64,000 bases of DNA from Octopus vulgaris. Lineage: Eukaryota. Below are positions 1 through 11,799 of this stretch, in pieces. The first letter of the stretch is position 1; the number at the start of each line of letters is the position of its first letter. The notes beneath the pieces are model-generated. The model worked only from the letters and a program-made list of their open reading frames with translations, did not search any database and was not told where the DNA came from. The DNA is taken from the NCBI GenBank assembly GCA_951406725.2, contig OX597820.1, positions 68,944,001-69,008,000 on the forward strand, read 5' to 3'. The translations under genes were made by a program, and so were the position numbers.

Positions 1-729
1 TTGTTTTTATTTATTTATTCTCATTTTGTTTTTACTCCTTCCTTCAGTTCCCTTCTCTTTAACCAACCAACTGTTATTTAATCTTACACTCCCCTTCCTT
101 TTCACAAAGAACGATATATTTTCACAAAGCATTCTCAAACAACTATTTTCTATTTTCTTTACTGAATTTCCTCCATTTTAATTTTCAATCAATAAAATTA
201 TTCTGTTGTTATTATATCATTTAAGTTTTTTTTTCTAAACAAATATAAAGTTCTAACGATTGCTTATTTAATCTTTAAAAAAATTCTTAATTATTGCTGC
301 TATTCATAGCATTACTGGTACAGTTATAAGTCTTACAAATCAATATATGCTTTGCAAAATTTTATTTGTGTTTTAAAATTAATTTATCACACATTGTTAA
401 AGTTACGATGACATTCGTTCTGTTAATACAGTCAGTTTTTCTACGCATCAGATATATTCCGTTGGTTATGTTTATATATATTTAACAATAAATTCTACGA
501 TAGTTAACAATGAATCTATGGAGATAGAAAAAGTGGGTAGTAGATGACAACGACTTTAGTGCTGAGATAAATAATAATACTCTCCTATATAAAACGAAGG
601 TACAGATTTCGAAATGAAGGTAATCATGGATTAAATCCTGAAGGTGCAGGCCATAGTGAGCAAACTGGTGAACTAAAGATTACACGATCGTGGATTCGAT
701 TTTCTAAGCTGGTACTGTATGGTATTCTA

Positions 730-1302
730 TTGTGTTGTCCGGAAAGTTTGTGCTGATTTATAGCAGCTTACCTTTCGACTTATTTTAGAACAAGTTTGAG
801 TCCATAAAATAGGATTTTACTACACCTCCATTTGGAGCCCAGGTTAAGTTATCTTTTCGTGGAAGAAGGTTTATGTTCCTATAATCTGTGTTAATTCTGT
901 AACCCTTTAAAATGGAAGATAAGAAAGTTCATTTTCGGTATTTGAGGCTTTTCTTTTTCCGTAAAGGAAAAAATGCCTCACAAGCAACCAAAGAAATATG
1001 AACAGTTTATGGTGATATTTCTTTATCCGAAAGAACTGTACGGAAGTGGTTCGCAAGGTTTCAAGCTGGAAAGTGTAGCCTTATTGATAAAGAGCGATCA
1101 GGCAGGCCATCCACTAAAGATGATGACCAAATCAAGTCATTAATTGAGAATAACCCACATTGCACAAGCGAGAATTGGCAAAAAGCCTCAACCTATCAAA
1201 ATCCTTCGTTCATGAGCACCTCGTAAGGCTTGGGTAATGGTTAGTATTTATTGACCTTTTTCTTTCCTTTAAAAATCGGCACGAACTTATCGGACAACAC
1301 AA
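730..1302 (+). mobile_element. Internally deleted mariner (Tc1/mariner) element
   Basis: ~30-bp TIRs: TTGTGTTGTCCGGAAAGTTTGTGCTGATTT at 730, and the reverse complement of 1273-1302 reads TTGTGTTGTCCGATAAGTTCGTGCCGATTT. TA on both sides (728-729, 1303-1304). The interior encodes only the transposase N-terminus. Confidence 0.92.
912..1237 (+). pseudogene. Mariner transposase N-terminal HTH region, disrupted (stop and frameshift), catalytic domain deleted
   Basis: Manual translation MEDKKVHFRYLRLFFFRKGKNASQATKEI*TVYGDISLSERTVRKWFARFQAGKCSLIDKERSGRPS...RELAKSLNLSKSFVHEHLVRLG*, with the typical mariner WF.RF..G and RSGRP motifs. Confidence 0.9.
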
Positions 1303-1613
1303 TAGCTTCTTGCAGTTTGCTCTGAAATGCTTAATGATCATAAAATCGGGCAGAATCTAGACCAACAATCAAGTCGTAGATAGGCAGTGACCGAGGCAAC
1401 ATAAGACGCTTTCTGTAGTAGCCTTACGTCTGGTAAATAGCAGACAGCAAGTTCCTCAAATTATAATCAATTGGCTGAAGCAGTGAAAGGGGATATTTCA
1501 TAAAGTGATTCAAGATAACTTGAAAATGACAAAATAGCTGCGGATGTGAAAAATTTGATCATCTTGATCAAGGCTGAACCGAAACAACAAATCTTCCTAG
1601 TTTTTGCTGGTGT

Positions 1614-1615
<2 letters not shown>

Positions 1616-1705
<90 letters not shown>

Positions 1706-1745
1706 GTATCTATCTATCTACCTATTCATCTATACACATACACAC

Positions 1746-1779
<34 letters not shown>
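1616..1779. repeat. (TATC)n then (TA)n microsatellite, representative of dozens across the window
   Basis: Direct reading. Confidence 0.97.
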
Positions 1780-1781
<2 letters not shown>

Positions 1782-2079
1782 TGTGATCACGTGACCGACC
1801 AGACCAACAGATGTTGCTACACATCGCTGGTCACAATGCGTTTGCATTGTTTTAGCCTTCGAATGACGCCACCCCTCTGGCTAAGCGGAAACAGCAGAAA
1901 GAGTGAGAGAAAGAGTGGTGAAAGAGTACAGCAGGGATCACCACCCCCTGCCGGAGGCTCGTGCTGCATTTTAGGCGTTTTTGCTCAATAAACACACACA
2001 ACGCCCGGTCTGGGAATCGAAACCGCGATCCTACGACCGCGAGTCCGCTGCCCTAACCACTGAGCCATTGCGCCTCCAC
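1780..2079 (-). mobile_element. tRNA-derived SINE family A (tRNA-Arg-like head; probably octopus OR-type), tail variant 1
   Basis: Minus strand GTGGAGGCGCAATGGCTCAGTGGTTAGGGCAGCGGACTCG...GGTTTCGATTCCC carries Pol III A and B boxes. The first ~190 nt match 21567-21761. Confidence 0.85.
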
Positions 2080-2099
2080 ATATTTATATATATACATGC

Positions 2100-2292
2100 A
2101 CATAAAATCGTTGCCGATTTTCTTTCTCCGTCTTCCCTTCTTTGAACTTTTTCTATATTTCTGACGAAGAGCTCCGCTCGAAACGTTAAATCTTCTTTTT
2201 TTCTTTCCTTTCCTGAGCGTCCAATAACACTGTACTAATTCCACGTCCTCGCGTTGTTGCTTTTCCTTGCTTGTTCATGTTTGGATTGACTA
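2100..2292 (+). mobile_element. Short Penelope-type terminal-repeat (pLTR)-like element with hammerhead core, set in (TA)n
   Basis: Shares GAGC-loop-GCTCGAAACGT and a downstream GAGC...TAA(C/T)AC block with 36210-36420 and 60215-60410. Confidence 0.65.
2157..2191 (+). ncRNA. Minimal type I hammerhead ribozyme candidate
   Basis: ATTT-CTGACGA-A-GAGC-TCC-GCTC-GAAAC-GTT-AAAT: intact CUGANGA and GAAA cores, 4-bp stem II, 4-bp stem I (ATTT/AAAT), palindromic ACGU in place of stem III. Predicted cleavage after U2187. Confidence 0.7.
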
Positions 2293-2335
2293 CATATATA
2301 TATATATACATATATATACATACATACATATATAC

Positions 2336-2485
<150 letters not shown>

Positions 2486-3345
2486 ATATACAGGTTTGCT
2501 GCCATTAGCTTAGCTGTACATCAATGAGAACAATGTTGTGTTATTTATAAATTTCAGGACTCACTTTGAAAACCATTTAGCTACGCTGCCAAATTAGGTA
2601 TCACGAGAGCATTTTCAGCAGTTCGATATGAAGATCAGTGCAACCCTCTGCTTTTTTATTTAACCATTCCTCAAGATTAATTGAATCCGCTTTCGGAAAC
2701 TACTGGCAGTAGCAGCAAAAGTTTACTCATGTCAATATACATAAGTGAATGTATGAATTTGTATGTAAAATTTTGGGTCAGAGTACTTTTGTATTTAAGT
2801 AGCTGAAATTGTACGTGGGACTCATTTGCTAAGAAGAACGCTATTGTCACAGTTCCAGACAAAATATTTTACAATATCGTGTAGCCACAAGCATTGCAAA
2901 CAGTTACTAATTGGAGAAACAATTCATTTAGAAAATTATGCAAATTAATATGTTTTGAATATAATTTTTACAGAAAAAACAGAAAAATATTCATTTAAGA
3001 TTCTATATTAGTCTTTTATGAATGGATTTTTACGAATGGATTTCTTGGGTGTATAGCCTTGAAGTAATAATTCTGAGTAAATCGTTATTTGTTATTCCCA
3101 GACAAAAAATCAGCATGTTTTTGAAAAGTATAAACGAAATGTGTAACCTATGCAGCTCATTTATATAATGGTACAAACTTGGAAGCTCGAAGTATGTCTA
3201 AGATTGGTTCTCTGTCAAAATGTTTATGATAATTCAGCTGTTGTTTTTATAAGTATTTTAATTAAAAATTTATTTCTCATAATATTAATTATGTTAACAC
3301 TAAGTTAACTGTAAACCAAGTGCGATGTAGATCATTTATACATAT

Positions 3346-3496
3346 GAATGGCTGTGTGGTAAGTAGCTTGCTTACCAACCACATGGTACTGGGTTCAGTT
3401 CCATTGCGTTGCACCTTGGGTGTTTTCTACTATAGCCTCGGGCCGACCAAGGCCTTGTGAGTGGATTTGTTTGACGGAAACTGAAAGAAGCCCGTC

Positions 3497-3570
<74 letters not shown>

Positions 3571-3834
3571 TTGTGTGTGTGTGTTTGTTTGTGCGTGTGT
3601 GTTTGTTTGTGTGTGTGTGTGTATGTTTGTGTGTGTGTTTGTCCCTCAAACATCGCATGACAACCGATGCTGGTGTGTTTACGTCTCGTAACTTAGCGGT
3701 TCAGCAAAAGAGACGAATAGAATAAGTACTAGGATTACAAAGAATAAGTCCTGGGGTCTATTTGCTCGACTAAAGGCGGTACTCCAGCATGGCCACAGTC
3801 AAATGACTGAAACAAGTAAAACAGTAAAAGAGTA
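3346..3834 (+). mobile_element. tRNA-derived SINE family B with internal (TA)n(TG)n microsatellite
   Basis: Head TGGCTGTGTGGTAAGTAGCTTGC...GGGTTCAGTTCC, tail GACTGAAACAAGTAAAA. More than 12 homologous copies in the window. Confidence 0.88.
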
Positions 3835-4824
3835 CCATCGTGACTGCGTTGTCTCCATGTTCATTGTATTTAAGTCTTGAAAACCAGCCTTCACAGCAGC
3901 ATGTACCGCGAATGTCATGTATTCTTGATGAATCCAAGAGGTGTTTTGTGAAATTAACTGATTTATTGGGTAATATCGATTATGAACTTCCTGTTAGTTT
4001 AATCTAATAGCTCCTTTTCTCAAACTGTTGATCTCTGGGTCAACACCGTGTTGTTTTCCTCTGGTCTGTCAGATAAAGTCATTTAAGCTTTCTAACAAAC
4101 GACATCATTTGAAATTGTAGGCCACTTCATTTCCTTCTTCGTAGTCCCTTACGCTGTAGAAGTCTCAAGCCTAGATTAGGAAAAAAATCGTTTAAAACAA
4201 TGTTGTTATATTTGAATATCCTCAGGTTCATACTTTAAATCACAATGACCGTTATAAAGATTTCCTCACTGCAGTGAAGAAAATTGACATGCTATGGTCA
4301 TATATCAGGATATATGTGGCCTTACAAAAATGATTCTTTAAGAATCTGTAGAGAAGACAGAGTCGGACAGCAAATATTGATAGACAACATCAATGAATGG
4401 AAGTAGCAAATCGTTAGCGGAGCTTGAAGCCTGTCACACAGCCGAGGCAGATAAAGAAAGCTAGTGTGCAACATGCCGTGACAGCTCCTCGCGATAGACT
4501 CGGGTGTTCGGAATGAAGCAAGGGTGAACAAGCTCTTCTAGAAAGGAAGTATTGAATGAAGTGCTTCGCTGGCATATGAGATATATTTGCAAGGATCTTA
4601 AAATTTTGATAGTGTTATGCATTTTGGAAGTATTTTTCATTTGTTAAGGTCACTCTACACATTTTCTATAGAAATTATATCCAACATTGATTTTGTTACG
4701 AAGTTTCGTATCCAAGACGCGTGATGTAAAAACAGTATTGACTTGTAAAAACGTGTAATATACCTGATAGAATATTATCGTTGCATAAGGAAATAGTGTC
4801 CTTGCCCGTCATTTTATTTTTCAT

Positions 4825-5022
4825 TTTTACATTTTTAGTTATTTGACTGCAAGTATGCTAGGACACCATGTTGAATAGATTTAGTCAAACAAATTGACTC
4901 AACTACTTATTTACTTTAATTCTGGTATTTATTTTATCGACCTCTTTGCAGAACCACAAAGTTACGCGGACGTGAAAAAATCAACAGCGGTTGTCACCGG
5001 TGTGAGGGAATACACACACACT

Positions 5023-5053
<31 letters not shown>

Positions 5054-5224
5054 GCACATGTGTGTGTGTGTGACACGCTTCCATGCAGTCACTGTCAACC
5101 AAAGTATTCATTCACAAGGCAGCAGTAAAGCCGGGGCTATAGTTGAGGTCACTTGAGGTGCAACTCAATGAGAATGAACACGAGTACACGTGGTTCAAAG
5201 CGAACTTCTTAACCACATAGCCAC
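4825..5224 (-). mobile_element. Degenerate SINE family B copy
   Basis: Colinear similarity to 12128-12454 and 22573-22948. Confidence 0.7.
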
Positions 5225-5801
5225 ATATGATTTATTATATAATTTCACTTTAAATGATTAATTTCCTTTATATTTTTTCAGTCCAGGTATATACTTACAT
5301 ACATAAATGTATCTTAAATCATATAAATGACAAATTGTCTTTGCATTATATTATTATATTTCCTCAAATATGAAAACAAAATCCAAATTACATATGTAAA
5401 ATTTATAACATTTTTTTGTAACTTCAAATTTTTTAAAACAGATTTCAATGTATAAAAACAAAAATTACAGAAGTTATGTCTTTGGTAAACATAGGATAAC
5501 TATATAAAAAAACAACACATATGCACAAAAAGAACAAAAATGAAAACGGAATAAAACACTATTAACATATTTCTCTATTGTTAACATGTTTTCAAATGTG
5601 TATTTAAAGTTTTTAATATACATTTCCCGCGTTTGCAAAATGTTGTATGTTAGTTAAACATTACTCAATTTCTGTATAAGGAACTTTAAAGAAACAAATG
5701 TCCAGATATTTACGTGTACAAACACACTCGCACAAATACATGTATATACATACACGAGTATATATAAAAATACATATGTGTATCAATGTGTACTTATACA
5801 C

Positions 5802-5855
<54 letters not shown>

Positions 5856-6049
5856 TCATTCATTCATGTATGCATATAACTATGTATCTATAGATATACT
5901 TATATATGTATGCATTTATGCGTATATAAATTCCTTCTATGTGTGTGTATGTGTGTGTGTGCGCGCGCGAGAAATTTGGGGAAATGTGTGTGTATGTGTG
6001 TGTGTGTGTATGTGTGTGTGATGCGTGCCATTCCTTTCGCTTTACTCAT

Positions 6050-6287
6050 TCACTTTTTTTTTCAAATCCTTTCTAATTGATTCAGTCATGAGACTGCGGC
6101 CATGCTGAGGCACGGCCTTCAAGAATTTTTAACCAAGGAACTCGACACCAGTACTTTTCTCCTAAGCCTGGTGCTTATTCACTCGATGTCTTTTTGCCTA
6201 ACTGCTAATTTACGGTGACGTTAACAAATCAACAGCCGTTGCCAAACGGTGATGTTAGACAAACATAGACACAAAGACACACATCTT

Positions 6288-6326
<39 letters not shown>

Positions 6327-6355
6327 CACTCTCTCTCTCTCTCTCTCTATCTATA

Positions 6356-6386
<31 letters not shown>

Positions 6387-6722
6387 TTATCTATCTGCCT
6401 GTCTGTCTATCTATTATATAAGTATTTTCAGTGGATTTGGTAGACAGAAACTGAAACAAACAGTCGAATATATATATATATACATTCGCTGCTTTCTTCC
6501 AAGGAATCTAATGCTCTTAGCTTAGTTTTTCCTTGGGACTGGCCAGGTTGGAGCAATCTCAAGTATAACCAGCCGAAATTGCAAAGATAATCTGGAACTC
6601 GACTGAGGAAAGAAAACTCCGAATGACCTGTCCTTATTTTCTTTGTATCGTCTATCTGGATGTTTTGTTATCCCCTCTTTTGTATCACCTGTCTGGATGT
6701 TTTGCGTTCTTGTCCCATTTTG

Positions 6723-6759
<37 letters not shown>

Positions 6760-6897
6760 GACTGTTTTTTTTTTCAGTTTCCGTCCATTTGCCTGAGGCT
6801 ATAGTAGAAAACACTAGACTTATGCGGCATATATACATGAATCTGGAACCATGTAATTGGGAAGCAAGATACTTACCGCACAACGACGCCTGCTCAT
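6050..6897 (-). mobile_element. Degenerate SINE family B copy interrupted by microsatellites and an insert at ~6483-6728
   Basis: Tail part at 6080-6290 (CAGTCATGAGACTGCGGCCATGCTG) and head part at 6770-6897. Confidence 0.65.
6483..6728 (+). mobile_element. (TA)n-flanked insert, possibly a second Penelope-type terminal repeat with a decayed hammerhead
   Basis: Bounded by (TA)n on both sides. CTGAGGA-AAGAAAACTCC-GAAT at 6603-6624, followed by a pyrimidine-rich tail. Confidence 0.4.
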
Positions 6898-7039
6898 AAA
6901 TCGACCGGAGGAAAAGCTGCCCGTAAAAAAAAAAACTTGCTGCCAAAGCTGCTCATTAGACTGACCCCTTCACTGTTGGTGTGAGAAAAAACCCACAACG
7001 TTACAAACAGAAACAGTATCCTTTTATGTATTTTAACGT
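6898..7039 (+). pseudogene. H3: Decayed histone H3 fragment (about K9-R53), possibly H3.3-derived
   Basis: KSTGGKAARK(poly-A frameshift)LAAKAAH*TDPFTVGVRKNPQRYK aligns to H3 [22 protein letters not shown](A/S)TGGVKKPHRYR, with weaker continuation to TVALREIRR. Confidence 0.85.
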
Positions 7040-7228
7040 AGAGGCTGTGGTCATGCAGGGGCACAGTCCATATTATCACCTTTACAATGTCCATTCTTTG
7101 CGATTGACTTTCGCTGAAGACGGGAGATTGATATTGGTGCCCCTTTTTGAGTTTTTTTTGCCGTGATATAAGTTCATCACAACCTTTGAAAGCAAGAGGT
7201 TAAGATGTTTCTTGAAATCATCTACTCC

Positions 7229-7276
<48 letters not shown>

Positions 7277-7705
7277 CAGATCGTCGCATATAAAGTTGCA
7301 TTGGACACATATGCGCTTTATATGCCTTTGGTGTTACACCCACATACACGCATACAAACACAAATAGACTCACATCTATCTATGAGTGTGTGTGTGTGTG
7401 TGTATGTGTGTGTGAATGATGATGTAAATGGTGGATTGGTCGATTTTCGACGATTCGGCGGGAAGTGTTCGCTTTATATGTGCACTGTATACGACAAACC
7501 TAATCGATAATTTAACGTGTAAATAACTCAATATTTGATCGTATGTGAAACTTTCACAATGCTGTCCACCATCTCACTGTAAAAATAAAATTTATACTCT
7601 GTCTATATACGTATTTAGTGTTTTCTTTCTAACATTTATTATTTGAATCATTTCTACGAACAACCATTCACAAATCAGAAACAGTTACGTACATGCCTGT
7701 GTGTG

Positions 7706-7755
<50 letters not shown>

Positions 7756-7917
7756 GACACACACATATTCACACGACCGTGTATATGTATATCTCTATAT
7801 ATCTACATGTATTTATATTAACATATATGAATATATATATGATTGTATTAAAAACCATATGTGTATATTTGCATATATGCCTATAGTTATGTATGTATGC
7901 ATAAACATGTATATATA

Positions 7918-8136
7918 TAGATTGCCTCAGAAAGCATTAAAATTCAGAAAAAAGTACCTTCTACAGCAGTTCCCATACTCTTACCCGCCATATATGACAG
8001 TATATTTAGCATTTCAGTACTATGCGCTTTATATGCCTTTGGTGTTACACCCACATTAAGTTTTCAAATTAGCGGTTCTTGTGCCTTGAGTGCATAATAA
8101 AATTAGCTGTTTAGTCAGCTATTTCTGAGGCCCTAT
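7918..8136. mobile_element. Possible small MITE
   Basis: 10-bp inverted repeat GCCTCAGAAA (7924-7933) / TTTCTGAGGC (~8122-8131); left end abuts (TA)n. Confidence 0.35.
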
Positions 8137-8268
8137 TGGGTTGGAAAGGGATTACAAATGATTTGCTTAATTTCAATCTCTGATATATACCGCCACATTA
8201 AGAAATCTAAGTTGTTCTCGTCGTTTTTCTCTTTCAGATGTTCTCATGCTATACACACAAGGTATGTA

Positions 8269-8360
<92 letters not shown>

Positions 8361-8599
8361 AATATATATATATATATATGTATAGAGAGAGAGAGAGAGA
8401 GGGAGTATGTGTGTGTGTGTCTATACACACATTTATATTAGCATACTTATGCACGTCCAAATACTAGCGAACATAAGGACCTAAAATTATATTTAAAAAC
8501 ATGAATAATTATAATGCTTATACTCATTTACAGGTATAAACATATATAGAATATAAACATTACACTCACATTTGCATGCGAACATCATTGCATATATGT

Positions 8600-9040
8600 T
8601 TGGCTTGAGGAGACTGTATTTTTGTGTCCGTGCAATGTTTTTCACGTGGTTCTTGATAATAATTTCAGGTGATTATGAAGCGCTTTCTTGTTTTCCTGAT
8701 GTGTGTAAGTTGAATTTTCTATGTCAGTTGTAGAGTCAAGTGTGTTTGATTTTTGAGTTTAATTTTCTCTAAAAATGTATCCTAGATTTTGAAAGTAGAT
8801 GTGAAGGATTTTTTCTGGTTTTCACTCTGGAGCGGGTGTTAGTATTTTAGGGCAAATGTTATCCATCGTCTCTGTATAGTCCGCCAGTTATTTTCAGAAA
8901 TATCAAGTAGTTTCAGCAGGTATTGGTCTCGAAGGTCACTAACGTATGTGTGTCTACTAATATTACATTCTTAACCTACAATACTACAAATGTGACCCAC
9001 TGCAATATTTATTGTTTGAAATGAAGAAAACTTCTGCAGA
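8600..9040 (-). pseudogene. Penelope-like element reverse transcriptase relic
   Basis: Minus-strand pieces DLRDQYLLKLL, GGLYRDDG (~8862-8885; PLE motif GLYRDDG) and IIIKNHVKNI, with many stops and frameshifts. Confidence 0.7.
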
Positions 9041-9924
9041 GTATTTTTCATCAACTATACTTTTAAAATCGACCTCGTAGAAATAGCAACACGATTTTGA
9101 TAGAGGTCGAGCTCATTAAGTGAAAGTGTAAGAGTGTGACTACCCTGTCTTCCAACATTTTGGAAATAACGAACAGATATGCTTTACATCAAATCTAACC
9201 TTCTTAAAATGGATACATCGCATAAATTCTCCTAGGCTCCCTACATATAGCAAAATAGCAGCGTATTCACAGTTGAGATACATTTCATCATAGACGTTCT
9301 TAAAAGCTTGGAACGGAAGAAACTTTTCATAAAATCACTTTCGATATCAGTATAGAGTCGATCAATTCTATACTGACATGGAAAGTGCCAATGCATTTTT
9401 TTCCATAAAGATAGCATCATTATGGAATAATTAGTGTTTCCGAGATAGAAAAAGTAATTTTCGTGTCTCTTTTAATTTTTGAAAATGGATTTAGTCAATA
9501 ATTTCAGTATTTAATGTTTCTGTTGACACGTCAGATTTACAAAATGGAGAAACGTCTGGTTTCTTTTCAGGCTTTACTATACCTTGGAAGTTAATGGAAG
9601 CTTTTGAATTATGGTGAAATTGTTAGGAAAGAACTAGAACTAGTTTAAAGGACAGAAGATTGAACTAAAACTTAGAACTCTGGCAATTTTCGTGGGAGAT
9701 TGAATTTAGAGAAATTTTATTCTAGATCAGAGACGAATTCCTGCATTCCTAACGTTATTTATTATTTCGTTTTAGATGTGTGTGGCCAAATATTAGCAAA
9801 AGTGTATATATATATATATATATAGTAATGCCTAGAGTATGTAGAAACACACACAATATATACATTTATGTATACATATATACTTATGTATCCAATACGT
9901 ATGCACACACGTATGTATATTGCT

Positions 9925-10105
9925 TTCAAATTTTGGCACCTTCGTGGAGGCCAGCATTTTCTTAGGAGGAAGTAGGTCGATTACATCGACTCCTTTGCTC
10001 AACTGGTACTTATTTTATCGACCTTGGAATGAGGGAAGACAAAGACTACCTCGATGGAATTAGGAATCTGAACGTATCTGAACGCATCTGCCAGTACGCC
10101 ACCTT
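9925..10105 (-). mobile_element. SINE family C (Nin/Deu-domain-like), degenerate
   Basis: CAACTGGTACTTATTTTATCGACC is the reverse complement of the family C core GGTCGATAAAATAAGTACCAG. Confidence 0.7.
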
Positions 10106-10746
10106 ATACACGTGTTTATTAAAAAAATATTAATTTTTATAAGCCATAAGCTTACATAAACACATTATAATCAGATTATTGCAGAGTAGATAGTTTTGTT
10201 ATTATTAAAATGTGTACCTTTTCATGCATTGAGATGTATATGAGATAATGTCGGCACTGTGTACAATATACTTTAACATACTTTTCAACCATTCCATTAC
10301 GATATAAATCCTCACTAATGAGGTTCAGCTAATGTCAAATAAACCATTTATTAACTGTACACCATTTAATATACCTTTCAACGCTATAGTAAATTGTTCT
10401 TATTCTTATAATTGGTTTTTAAGTGCCTAAACCAATTTATTTGCAAACATTTAATAGTAATATTCAATATTGTCTACAAATAAAGTTGTATTGATATTTG
10501 TGATGGTGATCGTTGTTCTTGAATTGGTGGTTGTTATGCTAATATAAGGAAGATAGGTACAATTTGCCCATTGCAATCTTTATCAATTATTTTATCTACA
10601 TATATATTTATATATATTCTTTCGGTCGTCCCAGCAGCTTGCTTTGCTCGCGTTTCCCCGGCGTGCAGACTTGACAACAGGTTAGACTTGGTCAACAATC
10701 ATTTCTCTGCTGAGTCTGTTCCTATATGTGATATTCTCCCTCTCTG

Positions 10747-10803
<57 letters not shown>

Positions 10804-10897
10804 CTATCTCTCACACACACACACACCTATAGGCGTATATAGAAAAACATATGTATTAAATGCATATTAGTATTGTTCTTGTTGCCATTATTGATAT

Positions 10898-11112
10898 TAA
10901 GCGGCTATCTGGCAGAATCGTTAGCACCCCGGACAAAATGCTTAGCGACATCTTGTCTGATTGCTCTGCGTTCAAATTAAAAACGATATCAGCTTTGCTT
11001 GTCATTCTTTCGGCATCGATGAAATAAGAACCAGTTGCGCTCTGGGGATGATATAATCGGCTGGCGCCCTCCACCGAATGTTCAAGACATTTGCTTATAG
11101 CAGAAAGAATGA
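10898..11112 (+). mobile_element. SINE family C ending in (TTA)n
   Basis: AAGCGGCTATCTGGCAGAATCGTTAGCAC head, GTTCAAATT B-box, (TTA)n tail. Confidence 0.75.
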
Positions 11113-11113
11113 C

Positions 11114-11171
<58 letters not shown>

Positions 11172-11173
<2 letters not shown>

Positions 11174-11726
11174 AGAGTGAGAGAGCAGTGCATGCCATCA
11201 AAGTGACACTGGGGTCAAATATACGAAGCCCAGTATACCCATCATGACTACCCGTCTGATAAGGGTACACCACGCACATGCAACACAATCATATATACGC
11301 GACATGGTGATCTCATATCAAGATAAACAGCGCATGACCTTGCAGGTGGGGCCCAGTTAGAATTTTCTTCAGGTTGAGTAGCCCATCCAGCTCAAAAGGC
11401 CCTTGAATAAGGATTATTTAAGGATGTTGAACGAACCACCCATTTTTCCGAGGTTGAATTATCCAAACCTCCAAGAATCCCGTTCAGCACACGGCTATGA
11501 TGCTCCCCCATTACTTCTGCTTGTGATCAGGGATGCACATATCGTCAGCCACTAAGTGACATGGTCAACTGGTTATGGTGAAACAACTGACGAGCAAATC
11601 TGTGGTGTAGAGCAAAGTACTTGATGTAGCCCATCTTTTATACTAAGACAGAACAATGTACATAACACTTCCAATGAGTTAAGATCAGAAGCCGTGAGAG
11701 CCACTGTCTGGCACTGCATCAGGGCA
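11172..11726. mobile_element. ~555-bp non-coding element inserted inside a (TTA/TAA)n tract
   Basis: Complex sequence bounded sharply by (TTA)n on both sides (11113-11171, 11727-11801). No ORF, no TIR. Confidence 0.55.
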
Positions 11727-11735
11727 GTATTATTA

Positions 11736-11779
<44 letters not shown>

Positions 11780-11799
11780 ATTATAATTATTATTATTAT

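Noticed and set aside
9571-9613. Exon-like segment TTTTCAG|...|GTGAAA
   Set aside because: Weak donor, length not a multiple of three, no recognisable peptide.
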